Below, one piece after another: positions 23,959 through 33,004 of a DNA stretch of 64,000 nt. Source of the stretch: an uncultured Candidatus Saccharibacteria bacterium (GTDB lineage: Bacteria; Patescibacteriota; Saccharimonadia; CAILAD01; JADZBC01); assembly GCA_964413715.1 (NCBI GenBank), contig CAYPSN010000001.1, positions 135,573 to 199,572 on the forward strand, read 5' to 3'. The notes beneath the pieces are model-generated. The model was not told the origin of the DNA, searched no databases, and saw nothing but the letters and a program-made list of their open reading frames with translations. Within the stretch, counting starts at the first letter, position 1. The number at the start of each line of letters is the position of its first letter. Both the position numbers and the translations under genes were made by a program.

Positions 23959-24748
23959 AACCATATTTACCAAAACTCTTTATGACAAACGTTGGATGAT
24001 CTTTGGCTGGAGTATCGGCCTCGCCATTATGAACGCAGTGAACATGGTGTTTTACCCATCATTTGCCAACAGTAGTCAGTACACCGAGCTACTCAATCAG
24101 ATGCCGCCGGAGCTCAAAAGCCTGGTTGGGCAATCGCTAAACTTTGGCAAAATCGAAGGCTACACCAACAGCCAAATCTTTGCACTGAACTTACCTTTAC
24201 TGCTGATTATTCTAGTTATCATGTTTTATTCAGCGACATTAGCAGGCGAGGAAGACAGCGGCACACTCGGAAGCCTGCTTGCACAACCCGTCAGTCGGGC
24301 CAAAGTCTTGGCTCATAAGTTCCTGGCTGGTGTTACCATTACAGGTATTGTATCGATCCTAAGCTGGGTCGGACTAATTGCTGCAATTAAGGCAATTAAT
24401 TACGACATTAGCTTGGTACGAACTCTAGCCGCTACGTTGCAAGCAATGGGTCTGGCACTGGTGTTTGGCAGCTTGGCATATGCAATTGGCGCCATTTCAG
24501 GCAGGCGGTCGTTGGCAGTCTCGGTGCCGACCGTTCTTGCCGTAGCTAGCTTCTTTTTATATTCACTAGCAGCTGGCGTAAAGTCGCTCGAGCCCTATCG
24601 CGTACTGTCGATGTTCTACTACTACAACAAAACCAACGTGCTAGAAAGTGGTCTTAACTATGCAACTTTGGCAGTATTTATAGCACTTACCCTTGGCTTT
24701 GTCGCCCTTGCCTGGCTCGGTTTCCGCAAACGCGACATAAGAAACTAG
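23951..24748 (+). CDS. ABC-2 type transporter permease
   Basis: 6-TM hydrophobic protein overlapping the ATPase gene. Confidence 0.75.
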   Translation: MFRTIFTKTLYDKRWMIFGWSIGLAIMNAVNMVFYPSFANSSQYTELLNQMPPELKSLVGQSLNFGKIEGYTNSQIFALNLPLLLIILVIMFYSATLAGEEDSGTLGSLLAQPVSRAKVLAHKFLAGVTITGIVSILSWVGLIAAIKAINYDISLVRTLAATLQAMGLALVFGSLAYAIGAISGRRSLAVSVPTVLAVASFFLYSLAAGVKSLEPYRVLSMFYYYNKTNVLESGLNYATLAVFIALTLGFVALAWLGFRKRDIRN

Positions 24749-24868
24749 GGATTTTTATAGCTCTGCATAATTTGTTCGTCGCAACGCAGTAAAGTGCTTG
24801 CGCCTTCTTGCGAACCCATACATAATACATAGCGTCCGTTTGTACCACTACAACAGAAAAGAGCAACG

Positions 24869-25348
24869 GTGAGTGACAGCACGCAAGTCAAATCGAGAAC
24901 GGCGGCACCTCCATGGGAGACCACCCAGGGTGGCAACATCGCCTGGAAGATTGGGGCAGAAAAGAGGGCCGCGACCGAAGGCGTGAGCGTGGCGGTAGCT
25001 GCCGCTCGCGAGTACGTCGGGTACGACAAGAAACGCCAACGGCGCCACCTGCTGGAAGACCTGCCGACGGCCGACGAGGTCAAGCTGGCTGCGGAGCACG
25101 CCCCGAACTACCTGGAGACCCTGCTGAGCAGGCTGGGCGGTGCGATCAGGCGTGAGCTGATCAGCCGGCGAGCACCCAACGCACCGGTGCGCTGCGAGCT
25201 GCTGGTCAACGAAGGCGAGCGGGAGTTCATCCAAGAGCTGCTGAAGCTTCGCGGCTACAGCAGCAGCTGGGATGACACCCACGCACTCGACATGGGCAGC
25301 CTGCAGGACGGTCGCAGCAACCAGGTGCTGCTCCTGCACATCCCCTGA
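24869..25348 (+). CDS. GC-rich hypothetical protein (159 aa)
   Basis: GTG start; high GC; terminator 25364..25410 (ACACCCGATG...CATCGGGTGT + CATTTTTG). Confidence 0.5.
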   Translation: MSDSTQVKSRTAAPPWETTQGGNIAWKIGAEKRAATEGVSVAVAAAREYVGYDKKRQRRHLLEDLPTADEVKLAAEHAPNYLETLLSRLGGAIRRELISRRAPNAPVRCELLVNEGEREFIQELLKLRGYSSSWDDTHALDMGSLQDGRSNQVLLLHIP

Positions 25349-25363
25349 GCTCAGCCAAGAGCT

Positions 25364-25410
25364 AACACCCGATGGTGCCACTACGGCATCATCGGGTGTG
25401 TTCATTTTTG
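25364..25410 (+). terminator. rho-independent terminator
   Basis: 10-bp stem plus T-tract. Confidence 0.65.
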
Positions 25411-25502
25411 CCATAATAATCAAAGAGATGAGTTGATGTATAATACATCTTGACCTAGAGGCGGAGGAGTCCGCACCTTCACACATAGAGGAGGTGGACA
25501 GA

Positions 25503-27131
25503 GTGTCCACACAATCAGAGTTCCTGACCGAAGTTGACGGCCACACAGTCGTCACCCCGGCCGGCAAGGAGTGGCTGGCCAAGATCCTGACCTCTACCGA
25601 GGACCAGGTGTATGCCTTCATGTCCGAAGCCGACCCCGTGATCGTGGCTGCGGCCATGGCTCGGCTCAGCCGTCGTGCTGGAGACATGCGGGTTGCCCTG
25701 CTCGACGAGTTCGCCGGCGATCCTGCCGACGCACCCAAGCTGATCAAGCGAGTCGTCACCGAATATGGCGATGACTCGGTGCAGCAGCTCATCACCATCC
25801 AGTTCGTAGTGGAGGGCGCCAGCAACATACTGACCAAGCTGCTGGAGTGGGGTCGGATCGGTGCAGCGTACCTGGAGCAATCCACGCGCTACATCTACTT
25901 CGACGAGAAGGGTCCGGACGGGAGATACCTGTTCTATGTCCCGGAATCACTCGAACCAGTGCTCGCCCAGCGTTACGAGCGTGACATGAACACGATCTTC
26001 GACATCTACTCGGAGGTCGTGCGTCGCGTCACCGAGCACGTGCGCGCTACCAATCCCAGGCCAGACAAGGCCGAGGACCCGTTCGGGCACAAGGGCTGGC
26101 CTGCAGTTACGCGAGCGCAAGCTTGTGATGCCGCACGTCCGCTCTTGCCGGTGGCAACCAAGTCAACCGTCGGTTTCGCCATGAGCGCGCAGGCCGTCGA
26201 TGCACTGGTGATGCGGCTGCTTGCCCATGAGCTGCCCGAAGCCCAAGCGGTCGGCCGCAAGATCCTCGATCATGCCAGGCTGGTCGTTCCAGCGTTCCTA
26301 GAGCGCACTGACCGGCCTGACCGCGGAGGGCTCACTACAGAGTACTGGCGAGGCACCACTTCGGCCATGGCCGAGCTGGCAGACGAGTTGCTGCCGGCAG
26401 AACCCGCATGGTGGGACATGCGGTCGGTCAAGCTGACCAGCTATTGGCCGCACAGCGAGCTGGACTTGGCGCCAGCGATGCTGTTCGATCACTGCGGATT
26501 GTCACTTCGTGGCATCCAGACGCAGCTGGAGATGCACCGCGACTCGCACCGGGTCAAGGAGCAGATCCTCCAGGCATACGTGGGTGATCGGCTAAACCGT
26601 CGCCACAAGCCCGGCAGGGCGCTAGAGACAGCGCACTTCAGCTGGGAGCTGGTTGCAGATTACGGCGTGTTCCGCGATCTGCAGCGCCACCGTATGGTCG
26701 ACGACCTGCGCTGGCAGCAACTACACCCTGGCTTCGGCTACGAAGTGCCCGAGCTGGTTATCAAGGCTGGCTGTGGAGGTCTGTTCGAGCAGGCCTACGC
26801 CATCTCGGAGCAGTTGTTCTCAGCTATGGCAACTGAGCACGCGGTGGAAGCGCAGTACGCAACCCTGCTAGGTCACCGCATGCGGTTCTGCATGACCACC
26901 AACCTGCGGGAGCTGTTCCACATGCTGGAGTTGCGCACCAGCCCCCAGGGGCACCCTGGCTATCGCAAGCTGTGCCAAGAGATGTACCGCGAACTGCGGT
27001 TCGTCTATCCGCGTTTGGCAGCCGCTATGCAGTTCGTCAATCAGAGTGACAACCTGGACGAACTCACCCGCATGGCAGCCGAACGCGCCACTGCAGCCAA
27101 GTTGGCGGGGCTGGACCAGCCAGAGGGCTAG
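25503..27131 (+). CDS. tandem-domain flavin-dependent thymidylate synthase (ThyX)-like protein, about 540 aa
   Basis: C-terminal half has ThyX RHR motif (FRDLQRHRMVDD) and NLRELFHMLELRTSPQGHPGYR; N-terminal half has a degenerate ThyX-like block (QFVVEGASNILTKLLEWGRIGAAYLEQSTRY); high GC; start uncertain (GTG 25494 or 25503). Confidence 0.6.
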   Translation: MSTQSEFLTEVDGHTVVTPAGKEWLAKILTSTEDQVYAFMSEADPVIVAAAMARLSRRAGDMRVALLDEFAGDPADAPKLIKRVVTEYGDDSVQQLITIQFVVEGASNILTKLLEWGRIGAAYLEQSTRYIYFDEKGPDGRYLFYVPESLEPVLAQRYERDMNTIFDIYSEVVRRVTEHVRATNPRPDKAEDPFGHKGWPAVTRAQACDAARPLLPVATKSTVGFAMSAQAVDALVMRLLAHELPEAQAVGRKILDHARLVVPAFLERTDRPDRGGLTTEYWRGTTSAMAELADELLPAEPAWWDMRSVKLTSYWPHSELDLAPAMLFDHCGLSLRGIQTQLEMHRDSHRVKEQILQAYVGDRLNRRHKPGRALETAHFSWELVADYGVFRDLQRHRMVDDLRWQQLHPGFGYEVPELVIKAGCGGLFEQAYAISEQLFSAMATEHAVEAQYATLLGHRMRFCMTTNLRELFHMLELRTSPQGHPGYRKLCQEMYRELRFVYPRLAAAMQFVNQSDNLDELTRMAAERATAAKLAGLDQPEG

Positions 27132-27193
27132 TTGCCCTTCATTACTACCTGAATGAGATCCCGGTAGTCATGTTTGTTTTTCAAACAGATCTC

Positions 27194-27228
27194 GGGCCCC
27201 GCGGCAACGCGGGGCCTTTATATTTTGC
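27194..27228 (+). terminator. terminator GGCCCCGCG-gcaac-CGCGGGGCC + TTTATATTTTG
   Basis: 9-bp perfect GC stem. Confidence 0.7.
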
Positions 27229-27323
27229 AAATAGCATTATTCCTTAAGCTTGCTTTGTGAGGATTATGGTTCGATAATTTAGGTAAGAGAGTGATCGATG
27301 AGACTAACTCAGCTGAGGTCAAT

Positions 27324-29045
27324 ATGCAGAAGCGACTGAAACAAATTATCTTTGGACTCATGATGGCCGGCCTACTTGGCTTAGCCACTCCAGCAGCACA
27401 AGCAAGCACCCAGGCAACTGCCCAGGTTAGTTTTACCTTCGATGACGGGTTTCGAAGTGCCTACACGATTGCTGCGCCTACGCTGGCCGAATATGGCCTG
27501 GTTGGCACCAGCTACCCAATAACGAGCTGTGTAGGAACGCCAACGCGACAGTGTCCGGTTAAAAACTTTGGCTTTATGAGCTGGGCGCAAATCCAAGCCT
27601 TGCAAAACCAATATGGTTGGGAGGTGGGAAGTCATACGGTAACACATAAGGCTATGACCACACTTACGGCCGCCAAAGTCAGCCAAGAACTCATTAATAG
27701 CAAAAATGCTCTTACAAACCACGGCATAGCCGCCAACGCCTATTGCTCGCCATATGGTGACTACAGCAATAATGTGATTGCAGCTGTTGCTCGTAACTAC
27801 ACCTCGCACCGCGGTTTTGCCGACACTGGCTACAATACGTTTCCATATAATGATTACCTGCTGTACGTTCAGCCAGTACAGGTGGGAGTTTCTGTGGACC
27901 AAGTCAAAAGCTACATTGATTATGCAAAAGCCCACAATATGTGGCTGATTTTGGCCTTCCATGACATTAGCCCAACTCCCAGCCAAGACCCCAATGATTT
28001 TCAGTACAGCTCGGCCGACTTAGAAAGCATTGCTGCCTACACGGCCAGCCAGGGAGTCGCCTCGACCACGATCAGCCGTGGACTAGTGAGTGGCAATAAT
28101 TTACTCACGAACGGAGACTTTACGAGTGGCTTGAGTGCTGGCTGGACTACCGATGCACCCACGCTGATTAAGCCAAATTCCCAAAACAAAGGCAGCTATC
28201 CAGGCGCTACACAGTCCATCGAACTCAATAGCGGCACCACAAATAAGCATCTGTTTTCGCCCAAAGCAGGCATCGAAGCTGGGCAGGCTTACGTATTAAA
28301 GACGTTTTTGAATGTAGTGAGTATCGACAGCGGAGAAGTTGGTTTTTATATCGATGAATATGACGCGACTGGAAACTGGATAAGCGGTCAATATAAGCGC
28401 GGTGAACGGAGTGCATTTGTCGAGAATGTGAATTTTGAATACATTCCTTCCTCAGCCAATGTAGCGCAAGCTCGCTTGCAAATCTTTACCACTGCCAATT
28501 CGGGCATAAAAGCCTACGTTGATAATGTGCAGTGGTTGAGCCAGGGAAGAACCATAACTCCGCCATCGCCACCCGAACCGAAGCCAGAGCCAACCAATCT
28601 GCTACCAAACGGAAATTTCGACAGTGGCCTGAGTCAGGGCTGGTGGACTGACAACCCTACAAATATTTCGACCGTAGTAGCAAACTTAGGTGGCGTAAAT
28701 AATCGCGCTGCTATTGAATTCCGCGCTGGCACGACTAACTCGCACCTATTTTCACCAGCTGTTGCTGTGCAGCCAAGCACAACGTACACAATAAAGAACT
28801 GGCTCCTCGTCGACACGATCTCTAATGGCGCACTGGGTTACTACATTGATGAATATGACGCGGCGGGCAACTGGGTGAGCGGCCAATACAAGGCGAACAT
28901 TTGGCAACTATACAATGGCGAATACGAACTTAGCTATACGCCAACTAGCAGCACTGTGGCCAAGGCTAGCCTACAGATAATTGTGAGTGGCGGAAGTGGT
29001 CTGCACGGCTACGTTGATGACGCACGTTGGTATGTCAGCCAATAG
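27324..29045 (+). CDS. secreted polysaccharide deacetylase (NodB-like) with two C-terminal carbohydrate-binding-module-like repeats
   Basis: signal peptide; FTFDDGFRSAY NodB motif; two about 150-aa repeats beginning NLL(T/P)NG(D/N)F...GW. Confidence 0.75.
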   Translation: MQKRLKQIIFGLMMAGLLGLATPAAQASTQATAQVSFTFDDGFRSAYTIAAPTLAEYGLVGTSYPITSCVGTPTRQCPVKNFGFMSWAQIQALQNQYGWEVGSHTVTHKAMTTLTAAKVSQELINSKNALTNHGIAANAYCSPYGDYSNNVIAAVARNYTSHRGFADTGYNTFPYNDYLLYVQPVQVGVSVDQVKSYIDYAKAHNMWLILAFHDISPTPSQDPNDFQYSSADLESIAAYTASQGVASTTISRGLVSGNNLLTNGDFTSGLSAGWTTDAPTLIKPNSQNKGSYPGATQSIELNSGTTNKHLFSPKAGIEAGQAYVLKTFLNVVSIDSGEVGFYIDEYDATGNWISGQYKRGERSAFVENVNFEYIPSSANVAQARLQIFTTANSGIKAYVDNVQWLSQGRTITPPSPPEPKPEPTNLLPNGNFDSGLSQGWWTDNPTNISTVVANLGGVNNRAAIEFRAGTTNSHLFSPAVAVQPSTTYTIKNWLLVDTISNGALGYYIDEYDAAGNWVSGQYKANIWQLYNGEYELSYTPTSSTVAKASLQIIVSGGSGLHGYVDDARWYVSQ

Positions 29046-29080
29046 CTTGAGATACAAGCATAAGCAGTAATACAATATAT

Positions 29081-29108
29081 TTGCCATAAATCAAGAGCAG
29101 TGTATAAT
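29081..29108 (+). promoter_or_regulatory. sigma70-like promoter TTGCCA-16-TATAAT
   Basis: read directly; immediately followed by the hairpin at 29116..29142. Confidence 0.45.
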
Positions 29109-29115
29109 GGGTTGT

Positions 29116-29142
29116 AGAGGGTGTTTGGCCCTCTTTTTTTAA
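29116..29142 (+). terminator. hairpin AGAGGG-tgtttgg-CCCTCT + T8 (terminator of upstream gene or attenuator of the sortase operon)
   Basis: 6-bp stem plus T8. Confidence 0.55.
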
Positions 29143-29159
29143 TGCCCAAAGGAGGACGT

Positions 29160-29357
29160 ATGTACGGAGGTATGGGTGGTGGAATGATTGGCGGCGGTGG
29201 AACTGCAGCAGCAGCAACCACAGCAGCAATCGTCCTACCAAACACAGGCGCACCATGGACGCTAGAAGCTCTAGCGGTCGTAAGTGCACTCGTAGGTACA
29301 GCAATCGTTGCAAGCACTGTTGTGCGCGCAATGGCTGGCAAATCCTACACCAAATAA
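29160..29357 (+). CDS. 65-aa Gly-rich LPXTG sorting-signal peptide (MYGGMGGGMIGGGG...IVLPNTGAP + TM + RAMAGKSYTK)
   Basis: AAAGGAGGACGT RBS before ATG 29160; LPNTG, hydrophobic helix and positively charged tail form a complete sortase signal; no N-terminal signal peptide. Confidence 0.55.
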   Translation: MYGGMGGGMIGGGGTAAAATTAAIVLPNTGAPWTLEALAVVSALVGTAIVASTVVRAMAGKSYTK

Positions 29358-29393
29358 TGCTGGGCTGGAGGGTCCTAGTAGGAATTATTACGC

Positions 29394-29984
29394 ATGAAGA
29401 AATCTTCGATTCTCCTCACCATTCTCGGCACCACCCTCATCGTCTTCGGACTCAGCGTATTTGCGTATTCGCGTACGATCGCCCAACAGGGCACGAGCTC
29501 TGTAGAGCAGCCGTCACAAAAAACTGCACAGGCACCACAGAACGCTCAGCGCGTCGAAGCCACCATTTACGATAAACCAAGACTCCTCATTATTCCTCGG
29601 CTCGGCCTAACGCTCCCCGTAATTGACGGCCTATACAACCCAGCTACTAAACAGTGGAACGTCAGCAACGCCGCCGTGCAATACGCCACCATCACGACAC
29701 CTGCCAATAATAATAGTGGCAATACCTTTATATATGGTCACAATTTTCCTGGCCTGCTCAAGCGTTTGCCGGAACTGCAAGCTGGTGATGAGATTATACT
29801 CGTGACTGAAAAGGGCTATTGGTTTACCTACCGTCATACTAGCCGCAAAGAGACCAATCCGCTTGATGACAGTTTGTTTTACTACAGCGGCCCACCAATT
29901 GTCACCATGCAAACGTGTTCTGGCGTATTCGACCAAAACCGCCTGCTCTTAACCTTTGGCCTCGTGAAGGTAGAGAAGTCATGA
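29394..29984 (+). CDS. sortase family transpeptidase
   Basis: N-terminal TM anchor; His (IYGHN), Cys (TMQTCSG) and Arg (NRLLLTF) in canonical order. Confidence 0.8.
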   Translation: MKKSSILLTILGTTLIVFGLSVFAYSRTIAQQGTSSVEQPSQKTAQAPQNAQRVEATIYDKPRLLIIPRLGLTLPVIDGLYNPATKQWNVSNAAVQYATITTPANNNSGNTFIYGHNFPGLLKRLPELQAGDEIILVTEKGYWFTYRHTSRKETNPLDDSLFYYSGPPIVTMQTCSGVFDQNRLLLTFGLVKVEKS

Positions 29985-31270
29985 TTCGCACAATTGCCTT
30001 CTATACTTTTATAACGCTAAGCTTTATTAATGTCTTGCACTATGGCGCTTACCTGGTAGGAGCAAACATTTACGACATTCGTGCGCTCAAGACTAAACAT
30101 CGAGCGAGCAAACGCAGACGACACCGCGAAGTCCCACTGGTCAGTGTGTTGGTGCCAGCCCATAACGAAGCCCTCACAGTGCTGCGCTGCCTGGAATCGA
30201 TTCACAAAAACAGCTATCGCAAACTGCAAATTATCGTCATAAACGATGCGTCAACTGATGAAACGGGCACTATAGCACAAGACTTTGCCAAGACTCACCA
30301 AAATAGTCGCAGAGATATTCGCGTCGTAAACAAGCGGCGCAATGTAGGCAAAGCAGCCGCCTTAAATTCCGTATTGCGCCGCGGCTATGTGCAAGGCGAC
30401 TTAGTTATGACGCTCGACGCCGATTCATTCATCGCACCTGACGCAATTGAAAAAGCCGTGAAGTATTTTCACGATCCAAATGTAGCAGGTGTAGCAGCGA
30501 ATGTCAGAATCATGCATCAGTCTTCGATCCTGGGTATTCTCCAGCGCTTCGAACACATGATTGGCTACCGATCAAAGAAATTCTATGACGTATCGAATAG
30601 CGAGTTTGTTGTTGGTGGCGTGGCCTCGACCTTTCGGAGAGAGGCAATGTCGCAAGTTGGCTACTATAATACCAATACTGCCACCGAGGACATTAGCTTG
30701 AGTCTTAAAATAGTCTCTCAGGGCAATAAGGGCTCACGCATCGTTTATGGCGTAGACATTCGGGCTATGACCGAAGGTGTGCAAACCTACAGAGCTCTTT
30801 TGAAACAACGCTACCGCTGGAAGCTGGGTACGCTGCAAAACCTGATCCAGTTCCGCAGCTTAGTGTTTAATCGTGACCGCAAATATTCAAGGATGCTAAC
30901 GTTTTACCGTATGCCGATGGCTTTTTTGAGCGAACTTATGCTACTCGTAGAACCAATCATTGTGCTGTACTTACTAGTACTATCACTGCGTCAGGGCTAC
31001 GTTGGTTTTGTCGCTGGTGCGTATTTGCTTATCTCGCTGATTACCGCCATTACTCTTTGGCAAGACGAGCACTTGCCGCTTAAACAAAAGGTAAGGCTCA
31101 GTGCCTACGTACCGTTCATGTATTTTGCGTACTACATTATGAATACCGTGCAAATTCTTGCCGTAATTCAATGTGTGCTCAAGCCAAAACGACTTTTAGG
31201 TGAAGCCAAAGAAGGCAATATGTGGAAGTCACCGGAGCGACTGGGCAAACACCTCTTAACTAGTTCGTAG
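29981..31270 (+). CDS. family 2 glycosyltransferase (processive, membrane-integrated; PgaC/cellulose-synthase-like)
   Basis: DAS/DAD motifs and QRYRW (QxxRW); N- and C-terminal TM segments; ATGA overlap with sortase. Confidence 0.8.
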   Translation: MIRTIAFYTFITLSFINVLHYGAYLVGANIYDIRALKTKHRASKRRRHREVPLVSVLVPAHNEALTVLRCLESIHKNSYRKLQIIVINDASTDETGTIAQDFAKTHQNSRRDIRVVNKRRNVGKAAALNSVLRRGYVQGDLVMTLDADSFIAPDAIEKAVKYFHDPNVAGVAANVRIMHQSSILGILQRFEHMIGYRSKKFYDVSNSEFVVGGVASTFRREAMSQVGYYNTNTATEDISLSLKIVSQGNKGSRIVYGVDIRAMTEGVQTYRALLKQRYRWKLGTLQNLIQFRSLVFNRDRKYSRMLTFYRMPMAFLSELMLLVEPIIVLYLLVLSLRQGYVGFVAGAYLLISLITAITLWQDEHLPLKQKVRLSAYVPFMYFAYYIMNTVQILAVIQCVLKPKRLLGEAKEGNMWKSPERLGKHLLTSS

Positions 31271-31279
31271 AGTGAATCC

Positions 31280-32317
31280 CTAGCTGGCCTTTTTGGGCAA
31301 TTGCACTTCGAGGCCATCGAGTTTGTCGTGCGGCGACTCATCTATGCAGGCCGATAGGGCAGCGAGAATGGCAGATTCATCAGCGTTTTGGCCAATAAAT
31401 ACTAGCCGAGTTTCGGGCGTTTGGTCGTGCCAATTATCCCAAGTAATTTCTGCCCGTGTACCGACGAGTTGGTAGATGTACTTTCGCTCATGCCCCTTTG
31501 TGCCAAGATCCACAAAACCTTTGGCGCGATATATGCTGGTGGGGATCTGTGTGTTTACAAATTCCTGAAATCGCAATGGGTGTAGCGGTTTGTCGCTCGT
31601 GAAACTGAACGTTTGGTAGTGAGAATGGACGTGATCGGCGTGCTCGTGATCATGTTCTTGCAGCTTTCGCGCATCGCGTTGAGAAAATACGTCTTGATCG
31701 AGCAGCAAATGAACTTCAACTTCGCCGCGGGTAGCTTCGAGAATCCTTGCTTTAGGATTAATGCTACGCACTAATGAGCGAATGTCTTTGATTTTAGCTG
31801 CAGGCACCAAATCAACTTTATTAATAACCACAAAATCACAATACTCAATCTGCTCACTGGCCGTACCGTGCTCCTGGGCATTTTTTTCTAAGTTTTCAGC
31901 ATCGAGAACCGTAATAATGCTATCGAGATATACTCGTTGGCCTATTGTCTCTTTGAGCGTCATGGCCAGATCCTTTGGCTCAGCTAAGCCACTAGCTTCG
32001 ATAATTATGTAATCAATGTTTGTGTCAGCATAAGCAAACTGATTAATCGCTTCCTGCAAATCAAGCGTTTCAAGGCTACAGCAAATACAGCCATTGGTGA
32101 GTTCGAGCTTCTTGTCAGTCTTATCAGCAATGAGTTCGGCATCGACATTAATATCGCCATAATCATTTACTACCACGCCAATGTTAAGGCCTTGATTGTG
32201 GGTCAGGAGGTAGTTAAGTAGGGTAGTCTTGCCAGCACCCAAAAAACCAGTTAGTACGGTAATGGGGAGTTTTTTAAAGTTAGGGTCTTTTTGTGGTCCG
32301 CTCTGCGTTGTTGTCAT
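31280..32317 (-). CDS. COG0523 (CobW/YciC/ZigA-like) metal-chaperone GTPase
   Basis: GFLGAGKTT P-loop, GCICCS motif, His-rich region (HDHEHADHVHSH); start at MTTTQSG with TATGAT -10 7 nt upstream (leaderless). Confidence 0.8.
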   Translation of the reverse strand: MTTTQSGPQKDPNFKKLPITVLTGFLGAGKTTLLNYLLTHNQGLNIGVVVNDYGDINVDAELIADKTDKKLELTNGCICCSLETLDLQEAINQFAYADTNIDYIIIEASGLAEPKDLAMTLKETIGQRVYLDSIITVLDAENLEKNAQEHGTASEQIEYCDFVVINKVDLVPAAKIKDIRSLVRSINPKARILEATRGEVEVHLLLDQDVFSQRDARKLQEHDHEHADHVHSHYQTFSFTSDKPLHPLRFQEFVNTQIPTSIYRAKGFVDLGTKGHERKYIYQLVGTRAEITWDNWHDQTPETRLVFIGQNADESAILAALSACIDESPHDKLDGLEVQLPKKAS

Positions 32318-32359
32318 AGATCTATCATACCTAAAACCACAGAGTCGTGCTGCAGACGT

Positions 32360-32388
32360 GATGGATATGCTTGCGGGAAGGCCTAATT
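32360..32388 (+). promoter_or_regulatory. sigma70-like promoter TTGCGG-17-GATAAT
   Basis: read directly. Confidence 0.4.
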
Positions 32389-32431
32389 GGCACGATAATA
32401 ATGTCGATCCGCCCACAACCCAAGGATAAAC

Positions 32432-32863
32432 ATGGAAAGCTACCAAATCCAAATCGATGTTGATCCAGTGGACGGCATCATGTTGCACCTCAAGATGCCC
32501 ACGGGAATGGCCGAACACAGCGCCCTCGCCGATGAAATCGAGCTGTATAAGGCGCTGTTCGAGATCTCGAGCAGAATCACGAATGAGCTACCAAGAAACC
32601 TTCGGATCCACCCTGCTGTTCGTAGGGCCCAGATCGAAGAACTTGTTGACCAACTGCGAAGAGCATTTATCGCTCGTGCGGGGACAGCAACGAGCTGGTT
32701 CGGAGCTCTCAACGTGCTCGGACCTATGCCGCATGTTCCAGGATTGCTCAAGGATCCAACTGCGGGCTGCAGGGCTCTATCCGTTCTAATCCATGAGCTC
32801 ATGGAACACGGGGCGCAATTCACCGAGAAGAGTGCCACACCACCGTGTATCGATGAAGACTAG
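32432..32863 (+). CDS. hypothetical protein (143 aa), moderately GC-rich
   Basis: ATG with CAAGGATAAAC upstream. Confidence 0.5.
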   Translation: MESYQIQIDVDPVDGIMLHLKMPTGMAEHSALADEIELYKALFEISSRITNELPRNLRIHPAVRRAQIEELVDQLRRAFIARAGTATSWFGALNVLGPMPHVPGLLKDPTAGCRALSVLIHELMEHGAQFTEKSATPPCIDED

Positions 32864-32868
32864 AACCC

Positions 32869-32946
32869 AAGCGGCAGGGTGGGGTGGCCAAGGAGCTACC
32901 CCGCCCACGCGACCTATGAATTACGATATTCATGGGTCGTTTTTCG
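32869..32946 (+). terminator. two hairpins ending GACCTATGAAT...ATTCATGGGTC + GTTTTTCG
   Basis: read directly. Confidence 0.6.
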
Positions 32947-33004
32947 TATAAATCACCTATGCGCTTATGCTACAATATAGGTGATTTTATAATTTGAGAT
33001 CTGG

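Noticed and set aside
24848-25885. 345-aa minus-strand ORF
   Set aside because: Spans two independently supported plus-strand genes (24869-25348 and the ThyX-like gene) and their intergenic terminator; high-GC antisense artefact.
29009-29341. Two Pro/Ala-rich minus-strand ORFs (110 and 98 aa)
   Set aside because: Antisense to the LPXTG mini-peptide gene and its promoter/terminator region; no RBS.
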